Assembly: GCA_028534125.1 (NCBI GenBank) | Contig: CM052818.1 | Location: 3,536,001-3,600,000 of the forward strand | Reading direction: 5' to 3' | Length of the DNA: 64,000 nt | Source of the DNA: Lama glama | Taxonomy: Eukaryota | In this document: positions 1 to 10,251 of the stretch, piece by piece | Layout of the letters: every line of letters starts with the position of its first letter | How positions within the stretch are numbered: position 1 is the stretch's first letter | Position numbers and translations under genes: made by a program | Notes under the pieces: generated by a model | Told to the model about the DNA's origin: nothing | The model's input: the letters and a program-made list of their open reading frames with translations, nothing else | The model's database searches: none

Positions 1-324
1 TTCCACTTGCTAGAAGAGGTGGGGTTTTTTATTGTGTTTTCCCCAGGATGATGTTTTTAAAAGTTGGAATTTAAATGCCTTTCAGGAAAGGCATATGTCC
101 TCTAATTTGCCTCATTCATCACAACTCCCAGTTGTCTCATGTCTCGCATATTTAGATTTGAATATTTTATTTTACCTACATGATCCTTATGGGCATTTGA
201 GTTTGTGACCCCTAATTAGTCACCCTAGAGGTTATTTTGGTATTTGGGTGACAGAAGGAATTGACTTGAATTTTTTTCCCTAGATGACTAGTTAGCAGGA
301 CCGACGATTTTTATTAGATAATTG

Positions 325-790
325 TAGGCAGACCTTGGAGATACTGCAGGTTCTGTTCCAGACCACCACAATAAAGCAAATATTGCCATAAAGCGAGCCA
401 CACACAAGTTATGTTTATACTATACTATAGTCTGTTGAGTGTGCAATAGCATTATGTCTAAAAAAAAGAACTCGATTAATTAAAAAATTAAAAATTAAAT
501 TAATTAAATTATACTCGATTGCTAAGAAGTGCTAACCATCATATGAGCCTTCAAGTGAATCACAGTAGTAGCATCAAGTAACACTGATCACAGAACACCA
601 TAATAAATACAATAATGGAAAAGTATGAAATATTGCAAGAATTACAAAAATGTGACTTAGACACACGAAGTGAGCAAACGCTGCTGGAAAAATGGTGCAG
701 ATAGACTTGCTTGATGCAGAGTTGCCACAAACCTTCAATTTTTTAAAAAAAATGCAATATATTTGCGAAGCACAGAAGAAGTGAAATACA
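325..790. mobile_element. Internally deleted Tigger1-type (TcMar-Tigger) DNA transposon, resembling Tigger1a_Art
   Basis: Starts aggcagaccttggagatactgcaggttctgttccagaccaccacaataaagc and ends near cagagttgccacaaaccttcaat, matching both Tigger1 termini as recalled. Confidence 0.8.
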
Positions 791-1039
791 CTCATATATA
801 TTGAATTCTTACATGTTCTTTAGGTCTTTTGATTTCTCTTTGTTCTTGTAACAAAAACATTTCATGGTTTTATATCTAAATTCTATGTTTTAAAATGTCG
901 TCGTCTGGCAGGACCAGCTTCTTTGTCATCCCCTCAAACCCCCCTCCCCCATCTCGACTGCTCCAGTATTCCAGTGCATCTTTTTCCCCCTGGATGAAAT
1001 TTGTAATAATTTCATCCCAAAAGAAAAACAACCTATTGG

Positions 1040-2230
1040 AATTTTAGTGACATGTTATGTTCTCATTTTCATCCAATTCGAAATGCTTTCTAATTGCCCT
1101 TTTGATTTTGCATTTGACCCCTGGGTTATTTAGAAGTATTTTATTTAGTTTCCAAATATGTGCAGATTTCCCCAGGGATCTTTCTGTTACTGGTTTCTAA
1201 TTTAGTTCCATTTAAGAGCATTATAGTCAGAGAACATACTTTGTTTTAAATCCTTTTTAAGTTTATTCAGAATTGTTTGATGGCTTGGAATATGACATGT
1301 CTTGGTCTTCTGTGGGCACTTGAAAAGAATGTATTATGCTGATGTTAGCTGGAGTGTCTGGAAATGTCAGTTAGGTAAGGTTGGTTGGTAGTGTTCAGGT
1401 CTTCTATGTCCTTATTGATTTTCTGTTTACTTGTTCTGTCAATTATTGAGAAAGGGGTATTAAAGTCTTCAACTATTATTATAGGTTTGTCCATTTCTCC
1501 TTGCAGTTCTATCAGTTTTTGCTTCGTGTATTTTGAAGCTGTCATTAGATATGTAGACCGTTGAGACTGTTCTGTCCTCTTGATGACTTGACCCCTTTAG
1601 TATTATGAAATGACCCTGTAATAGTCTTCACTCTGAAATCTACTTTGTCTGTTATTAATACAGTCACTCTGACTTTCTTTTGATTAGCATTAGCATGACA
1701 TATTTTCTTCATTTTCTTACTTTAACCTATTTTTATCTTTACATTTAAAGTGGCTTTCTTACAGACAGCATATAAGTTGGATCTTTATTTTTCATCCAGT
1801 CTGACATTCTCTGCATTTTAATTGGGGTGTTACAGTATATACTCTTTTTTTTTTCCTCTCTCTCTGGCTACTTTTACACAACGTGATGTTTTTGAGATTC
1901 ATCCATGTTGGTTGTATCAGTATGGAGGTCGTTCATACCTTCTTATTTCTGTGTGTTATTCCATTGTATAGCTATTCCACAACTTGTTTATCCATGAATC
2001 TTTTGAAAGACAGTTGAATTTTTCCAGTTTTGGCTGTTAACGTTCTCATGCAAGTCTGTGTGTAGATATTTGTTTCACTTCTCTAGGAGTGGAATTGCTG
2101 GTTCATATAGTAAGTGCATGTTTTCTTATAAATTTGTTGTGCAATTTTACATTGCTGCCAACAATGTATGAAAGTTTTTGTTGCTCTCTATTCCTGTCAA
2201 GCTCTTGGATTGTCAGCCTTTTAATTTTGG
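1040..2230 (-). mobile_element. Old L1 (L1M-type) fragments: ORF2 endonuclease region (about 1040-1830) and a 3' end piece (about 1835-2230)
   Basis: ORF 1345..1545(-) KQKLIELQGEMDKPIIIVEDFNTPFSIIDRTSKQKINKDIEDLN is L1 ORF2p endonuclease (GDFNTPLS-like motif). T-rich antisense L1 sequence flanks it. Confidence 0.9.
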
Positions 2231-2264
2231 AAAGTTATAGATTTTTGCACATTGATTAAAAAAT

Positions 2265-2288
2265 ACACACACACACACACACACACAC
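2265..2288 (+). repeat. (AC)12 microsatellite
   Basis: Direct reading of the sequence. Confidence 0.95.
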
Positions 2289-2322
2289 TTTTTCATTTTT
2301 AAAAACAATTTTTGGAGGTAAC

Positions 2323-2920
2323 AGCACTATATGCCATATATACTATATACAGTAGTCAAAACATGGATGCAACCTAAATGTCCATCAACAGATGACTGGA
2401 TAAAGAAGTTGTGGTCTATTTATACAATGGAATACTACTCAGCCATAAAAAAGAATAAAATAATGACATTTGCAGCAACATGGGTGGACCTAGAGATCAT
2501 CATTCTAAGTGAAGTAAGCCAGAAAGAGAAAGAAAAATATATGATATCACTCATATGTGGAATGTAAAAAGAAAAAAAAAAGAAAAGAAAGGACACTATG
2601 AACTTATTTACAAAACAGAAACAAACCTGCAGACATAGTAAACAATCTTATGGTTACTAGGGAAAGGGGTGGGAAGGGGTAAATTTGGGAGTTTGAGATT
2701 TACAGATGTTAACCACTATCTATAAAAATAGATTTTAGAAAAGTTTCTGCTGTATAACACAGGGAACTGTTCAATATCTTGTAATAACCTTTAATGAAAA
2801 AGAATATGAAAATGAATATACCTATGTATGTGTATGACTGGGACATTATGCTGCACACCAGAAATTGGCAGATTGCAACTGATGGTACTTCAGTTAAAAA
2901 AAAAAGAATACTTAAAAAAA
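2323..2920 (+). mobile_element. 5'-truncated L1 (ORF2 C-terminus, 3'UTR and A tail)
   Basis: ORF 2331..2567 TWMQPKCPSTDDWIKKLWSIYTMEYYSAIKKNKIMTFAATWVDLEIIILSEVSQKEK is the L1 ORF2p C-terminus. The 3' end reads tgctgcacaccagaaattg...cttcagttaaaaa. Confidence 0.95.
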
Positions 2921-2934
2921 ATAAAAATTTTTGT

Positions 2935-3048
2935 TGGGGAGGTAACTAGGTTTTTATTTACTTATTTATCTTTAATGAGGTACTGGGGATTGAACCCAGG
3001 ACCTTGTGCATACTAGGCATACACTACCACTGAGCTGTACCATCCCCC
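2935..3048 (-). mobile_element. tRNA-derived SINE (Vic-1-like, camelid); its tail continues at about 2258-2322 beyond the nested L1
   Basis: Antisense Pol III boxes (ggattgaaccc, accactgagct). Same family as the copies at 4008, 15272, 26281, 46004 and 57621. Confidence 0.85.
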
Positions 3049-3802
3049 TGCAAGTTGATTTTATAGCTAGCTTTCTTACTGAGCTTTTATGTTACTTCTT
3101 AGCTGATTATCTTGAGTTTTCCAAATAGATAATTACATCATCTGTAAGTAGTGAAAATTTGCTCTGAACATTTTCAGTGTTTCTCTCTTTATTTTGTCTT
3201 CTGGCTGAATGTCATAGGCTTAAACATCCAAAATAGATACATTTGAAATAGAATTGAATACATAGAATACATTTGAATACATTTGAAAGACAATTTCATC
3301 AAAATAATTAAAATCAAAATATGTTGGCATTCTTTGAATGGGTCAACTGAAAATCTCATTCTTCAGTGATGTAGTGTAGATGAGCTGTTACTGTATGCTC
3401 ATTGTTAATCAAATAATGTCACAGTTTATTTATGAATGTTTTTCAGTGTAAACAGATCACAATTTTGTTTTCCTACTTTATGAATACAGTGTTTCAACTT
3501 TTGAGAAAGCAATAAGTAGGCTATCCCTGATTAAATACAAACTTCTGAAGGATAAACAACTTCTGTCAAGTCTGTCACCATGACAGGTTCAGAAGTGCAT
3601 GCAGTGCTTAAAAACACTTTAAAACACCTATTTATGTTACACATTGTAGAAAATCTATGGTGGATTTTTAAAAAAGGTATATGTTCAGTACTTATAAATA
3701 GGTATCACCTGCCTGTCACAGTCATTATCAGCATTTATGAGTTAGCCATATGATATGGTTTTATGTGATCCTGGGGATAGATACGTGGTAGATCATTGCC
3801 TA

Positions 3803-4173
3803 GAGCAGGGTTTTTCAGCCTTGACACTATTGACATTTAGGGCTGGATAATTTTTGTTGTGGGGTTGCTGTTGTGTGCTTTGTAGGATGTTAGCAGTATC
3901 CCCAACCTACACCCAGTTGATACCAGTAGACATCAGTTGTGACAACCAAAAATGTATCCAGATCTCACCAAATGTCCCCCTGAAGGGACAACATCACCCT
4001 CTCTTAAAGCTTTTTTTGTTTTTTTTGGGGTGGGGGTGGGGGGTAATTAGGTTTACTGATTCATTTATTTATCTTAATGGAGGTACTGAGATTAAACCCA
4101 GGACCTCATGCATGCTAAGCATACACTCTACCACTGAGCTATACCCTCCCCACCCTCTGTTAAGAAGCAGTGG
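3803..4173. mobile_element. MER20 (hAT-Charlie MITE) interrupted by a SINE
   Basis: Contains cactattgacatttagggctggataatt...gttgtgacaaccaaaaatgt...aaatgtcccc, typical of MER20. The terminus resumes at about 4151 after the SINE. Confidence 0.85.
4008..4150 (-). mobile_element. tRNA-derived SINE (Vic-1-like) with a 13-bp TSD
   Basis: Body aatggaggtactgag...ctctaccactgagctataccctccc. TSD caccctctcttaa (3995-4007) and caccctctgttaa (4151-4163). Confidence 0.9.
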
Positions 4174-7100
4174 TGTGACAGATCTTGAAGTGGGTTTAGG
4201 CACTGCCCCATAGGAACCGCCGGCAGGACACGATGTCAGTGCATTGTGAAACACCCTGGTGGACTGTTTCTTGAGAACTCTATCCTAGTCTAGAGATTAG
4301 AGAAACTGGGAATTTAGAGAAATAGTCCTTTTTCTTTTTTTTTGGATGCCAGCAGTCACTTGGTTCCTCTGCCTCACTTCTTCATCTCTTTATCGATCCC
4401 TCCATGGAGTAGAACCAGGGCCAGGTAACTGGGAGTTATTAATAAAATGTTAGGAAAATTGTCAGCAGATCCCTTGACGACATCTTGCCCCAGCTTCCCT
4501 ATTTAAGTTCCATTAGACCATCTGTGGTCGTTGTGGTTTGAAATACAGAACCGACTCTAACACTCTTGGTTCGAGAAAAAAAGTGATTTATAAGTCATTT
4601 ACAGAGACTTCTTTATTAAACATGGTCTTATTTCTCCTGTCCTGATTCACTGAGTTACAGGGTTGATATTTCTATTCCTTGGTGGCACATGACGGAATCT
4701 CTTATTTGGGATCAAAGTGGTGTGGTGGGTGATCAGCAGACCTTACTAGTTTTGATTGATTTCCAATTATTTCATGCTCTATTTGAGCCAGGTAATGTGG
4801 AGTGTTGAATTGGGCTTCATTTTTTGCTTTGCTGCTGTGATGTTCTGAATTGAGTTCTTTATCCACTTCATGCTTGAAATCTACCTATTTCTCAAAGTCA
4901 TGAAGGGTAATAAAATTGCAGTGATATTAATAATATTAACTCCTTAACTATAAATATTCTAATTACAGCTTAAGTAAATGCTCTATAAAATCTGGACCTG
5001 TAAAATGGATTTGCCTTTCCAAATCTTAACGTTCCTTCAGCCTCCATCCAAAGTTCCATTTGTCCCAAGAAACTTTTCCTACCAGTTTCGGCTAATATTT
5101 GTTTTTCCATAGAGTTACATTTTTTTTTCTCACTGTTTGATGTCTTATCTCTCCAACAAAATTCCAAGTGTTTTTTTCTGGGAGGTAGGAGTTGGGGTTG
5201 GAAGGAACATCATATTTTTATACTATGTTAAATCTCTTTTATGTGTTATCTCATTTGATCTTAACACTAACGTTAAGATTATTAGGATAGATATAATTAT
5301 TCCCATTTTACAACTGAAAATGGAGCTTTAGAGAAGTTGAAACTTTTTCAGTGTTATCCAGAATGGGTGATTAAGCGAAGGGAAGTTCCCATTAGGTACT
5401 AGGATTTCTAAATAGAGAAATTGTGCAAACCTAAAAACTGTTTTTGATTTGCCATTGTATTAGCAACGTGCAGAATCTGAGTTTTGCCAGCTACAGTATT
5501 GAGACATCTAAGCCTGCTATATTAAGTAGGCTGTGTACAAGGTTAGCAGGGATGGCTTATGCTGAATCACTCCTGCCCCGGCTCTGTCCTCCAGGAAGGA
5601 CAAGCGCTGCGGAACAGCAACCTGGGGGTGGGCATACAGACTGATCATACAACAGTGTCTCTATATAACCTTCTTGGAATGTATGTTCACTCCTGTTCTA
5701 AGGCTTTAATGTCCTCTGCTTTAATCCTTAGCATTGCTGCTGCTACTGATTGAGCTTTGTGATAATGCCATCTAAAACGGGGTGTTTTAGAGAGAAGCTC
5801 CAGCATGCACTGAAGTGACCAGGAAGTTAGTATGCCTCACCCAGCATGGAAGCTGCAGAGAATGACTCTGCTGGTGTAAGTGGACGGAACCTTGTTTTTA
5901 GCTCAGCTCAGAGAATGGGGGATGAAGCTCCCAGCTCGTCTGCATGTCTGACCTTCGCTGTTGGTTGTTGCACGCACTGAGCAGAGTGTAGGGAGGTTTT
6001 TGACTTATTCCCCTGGCCTGGCAGAGCTAGCTTCTGTAGATTATTTTATCAGGACCATTTGGACCTTGTTTTCTTTTAATCATGTTGCTTGTCTTTCTTT
6101 CGTGGAGAGAAAATAGAGGCTGCCTTGAACTAGACCAGGAGCTGCTAACTTCCCTGTCCTGAACCACCCCGTCCAGGTGCTCTGTTACCTGTGCCTGAGC
6201 GCTTGACGCAGGTCATGCCTACGTGGGGCTCTCTGCTTTGAAGGACACTTATCTCAGCTTTTCAGACCCCACACTCCTTTACCTTCCTTTAGTTGGAATA
6301 TTACATCTATTCTGTTCATATCCCCCTAGGTCTCCTTTTTCTGCTAATCTTCTTTCTATGCTTTGATTTTGTACCTCAGTGCTTGACCACTAGCCAGTTT
6401 CACAGTCCAGTAATTGTATTCCCTACTCTGGCCGGCATACAATCTGCTGTTTGTCTGGGCGCTATTTGGGTGGTTTCCCGACTCTGATGCCTCCCTGCGT
6501 AGTGTTAACTTCTTGCTTGGTCCAAGGACTATTCAAGTCCTGTCCAATCTGACACATCTGTGCTCCCCTACCCCCTCCCCAGTTCTGACCAAGATTTCTC
6601 AGTGAAAACCCTGGTTTCCCATGTGTTCTCTGACCCTTAACCCCAGATGACACTAGTGATGGCTTTGTGATTAGGCTACAAAAGAAGGCTGACTTCACGT
6701 GTACCGTATGAGCATATTGTTTTTATGTCTCTCAAGACTGATTCCACGTTTTCTAAAAGACATCTAAAAAGCAATGAAAGTGCTTTTGAAAATCAGAGGC
6801 TGCCTTTTTGGTAGCAGTTCTTTCATTTATTCCGTTGGAGGATCCAAATCGAGCTCTTTATAAAATATTCTCCCACATGATGTACTAGGATAGTCCTAAC
6901 AATAGTAAACCTTGATCTACAGATCAGATGTGCCATTTGATAAAAATAAATAACGTAGAACTCAATAAAACCAGCCTGTTTAATGGAAACATCATAAAAA
7001 CCTACATGAAAAAAAAAAAGCATGTAGCCATGGTAGCAAGTATAAAACAAAAGTTAGGACTGAGGAGACACAAAATCACACAGTTCACTACCAGGTCTGG

Positions 7101-10100
7101 TTTCATACATGCTCAGATGCCACAGGCACCCAGGACTAGGTCTCACTTTGACCATCCAGAATGTAGGATTTCAGGTTACTTGCATCACCTGATCATCTTG
7201 CTGACAACAAACCGTTATAATGTAGTGAGAATCATTAGTTAAGAAGAGGTTGGGTTTAATCTCCCCTTTTAATGTAAGGAATGGAGAAGCTGATGCTCAG
7301 GAAAGATACTGAAAATGGAGCAAATTTCATATCAGCCAAAGTTCCCGTAGCCAGAGTTTTGCTGAGGGCTGCAGGTGGTGTCGGACGCGCCCCTAATGAA
7401 CATTAGTTAGGAAGGAGGGAGTGAGGGGAGATGGGGGCGAACGTCTGTTGACTGCTTCGGCAGTTAGACGTGTGCCAGGTGCTTTAGGATGCTGTCTCGT
7501 GTAATCTTCGTAACACCTCTGTGGAGCGCTGATGGTCCCGCATTTTATAAACGAGCTGAGGTCTCGTCACTGCAGAGTGTTTGCAGTGGAATTTGAACCC
7601 AGGTCGAACTCCACAGCCTTGCTCCTTAGAATGAGGCAGGCTTGCTTTAGAAAATGGAAGCTGCTGATTTTGGCAGAAAGGTGGGAGATATGGAAAGACT
7701 TGGCCTCATTTCCCTTGTTTCAGACAGATGGCTGCATTTGAAAGCATGATCTATTAGTTCTCACCGCCAGCCATCAACCGGTGGAGATTAAAAAAAAAAA
7801 TTAAAAGTAAACCCACCATCCCGAGGATTCTGAATCTTAGTGCCTTCCAGATGCAAGTGTGGGACATCCAAGATGATTCTGACCTGCCGTTACAATTGAG
7901 AAACTGACAATGTATGGAGAACTTTGGAATGGATGGGAGTCCGGGAGGGGGCCCAGAGGTAATATTTCCAACCCTCTAATGGGGGAAACTGAGGCCCAGT
8001 GGGCTTAGAAGCCAGATGGACCTTCATTCAGTCCAGTACGTCCCCTGCACTGACCATTTGTTACTCTAGGTGATTCAGAAAGTGCAAAGAAAAAATGCTT
8101 CCCCTGCCTTTGAAGAATTTTAGCTAAAGGCTATATAGTTGGTTAATGCAAAGCCACAACTGGAACCTGGATTTCCCGACTTCATTGGTGTTATAAAGCC
8201 TTTTGAATATTATCATTACCAGCTCCTTTCAGCTCCTCCAAGCTGTGTAGACAAGTACTTATTAGCACTGTGGTACATGGGCTCCAAAACCCCTGGCTTC
8301 CCAGTTCCAGAAGTCTCTTGCTGGCTTTTCTGCCTCATTACCAGCCTGGTATTCCACCACCCATTTTGCCTTAGGTTCACAGGCCCACAGCTTTTCAGCT
8401 GACTGCTTTGTTCTGTTCATTTTTAAGCGTCTCACCTGGAAAAGGCCTGAAAAGCCACTCAGTGATTATTTTAGAATCGCAGTGCTTGGACAAAACCTGC
8501 CCTTCGGGTGGTCACCCTGATCTCTTTGCTGTGCTTTCTAATTAGTTTGCAGTCCTCTGATTCATCCTACAGCATTTTTGTGGGCTGCATATTTTTCAGA
8601 GTTTTTCCCAAACTCCGTAAGGCAGTGAATGCAGCGGAGGGCAGGGAGCATGTCCCTCCCATCGCCGGGGAGGGAAAAGGGGGACCATGTGTGTGCCCGG
8701 CACTGTACTAGGCCCTTTTATGTAAATATGTTTTTCTAATGCTTCCTGATAGCCTGGGAGGAGAAACATTCCATGTCTGCAAAATATGGATAATAACTGG
8801 AGCACACAGAAGTAAAGTACCTTTCTCGAGGTTATATAAACAAGTAAGTTTTGTTGCTAGAAATCCAGCCATAGAACCTTCTGGCATAAAGGTCATGCTC
8901 TTTTCCTTGTACTACATGCCACATCATGTGTAAAGCCTTTGATCTAGTCCAAACCCACTTTTTTGAGTTTAAGTGACTCTTAAATTTGATTTTTGATCTC
9001 CCCCGTAGATTTTCAGGTAGAAATCAAGGCTTTGATTTAACAATCCAGCAGAGTTTTAGGACTTGGGGCACGACCCTAGAGAGGGAGCATTGGGTGTCAT
9101 GGTCTGAGATTTGTGTTGAGGGTGGGTGCTGAGCCCCTAGGCCAGCCCATTGGACCCAGGGGCCAACAGAGCCACTGTCCCAGGCCAGTCAGAACTTGGA
9201 ACACTCAGGGTGACCAAAGTATAAATGCTAAGCTAAGGTCCTTGGGGAGCCGGAAGTGGGAGGGAGGGAGGGACCTCTAGCTCAGAAATACCTCCCATTG
9301 TACATCCTGTCAAGTGGAGATCCTAGTCTCTCCTCTTAATAGAATAGTCTTTGAATCTTAAGTGATAGCTTGACTTTTTATATACCTTCCTTTTTTGGTA
9401 ATATTTATCTGGGCTTTACTTTCTGAACTTACAAAATGATAATTCAGGTCTACGGTAATGAGGAAATGAAAACATATATGTGAATGACTTCAGCAGACGG
9501 TAGACTATCGATACAAACACCAGGCATCAGACCCCCGTTTCCCCCGTCTAACAGATGGGTAAGAATGGCAGTTTTGCTGTTGGGTGAAAGGAGCAGTGAT
9601 TTGGGGGCATAGCTGACTCAGGGAGAGGCAAAACCAGAGCAGGAGGCTGCCTTGGAAGTGGGGTGGAAGGCTTTAGATTCCTTGGGAGTGGAGGGGATGC
9701 AAATGAGATCTCAGTGCCTGGAGGTGGACGTTGAGGTCGAGGGAGATCTAAGGCTAGACCTGGTTTGTTGCTGACCTGGGATCTTACTGAGAGCAACTGC
9801 TGCCCGTCTGCATGTGGACGCCACCTTGTGCCGATCTTTAGCTCAGTGATGAATTGTTGAGAGCCTGACAAGACACCGAAATGTGCTGGAGTCTCCTATA
9901 GAAATCTAACCATAGGATATAACGTTTTATATGTGAGTCCGGTAATGAAACCGACGCAACCGGGGATTGGCATGAATCTATGACACAGGTTGGGAAATTA
10001 AGGCACCAAGAGAGACGGATGCTTGTGCATGTCTGGACCACTCAAAACTGAAGCTAAAAGCAACTTCTGGCTCTTACTTATCCCACTCTCTCTCACCCTC

Positions 10101-10231
10101 TTTCTTTTCTTCTAGCAAAATATGGTATTACTGTGTTCTCAAGAGCGAATTACATTCAAGTAACCGCAGTGTAACGCTCACTAACGCCGGGTCTCCGAGT
10201 GGAGTGTGGTGAAGCTGGTTAGAAAAGAGGT

Positions 10232-10251
10232 ATTATGTAATGACCTAATTA
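10232..10251. promoter_or_regulatory. Candidate composite clock element: D-box (ATTATGTAAT) abutting a RORE (TAATTAGGTCA on the - strand)
   Basis: Exact matches to the consensus patterns RTTAYGTAAY and WAWNTRGGTCA, sharing base 10241. Motif match only; function not shown. Confidence 0.4.

Noticed and set aside
3236..3290. Short imperfect tandem repeat of aatacatttg
   Set aside because: Ordinary slippage repeat with no spacer structure; not CRISPR-like or otherwise functional on this evidence.
6913..6926. Near-palindrome tgatctacagatca, also present reverse-complemented near 56922
   Set aside because: A 14-bp match between two sites in a 64-kb window is within chance expectation, and the flanks show little further homology.
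9614..9620. Numerous AP-1 (TGASTCA) and CACGTG motifs scattered through the window
   Set aside because: Counts are close to random expectation for 6-7-bp motifs and are not informative without conservation data.
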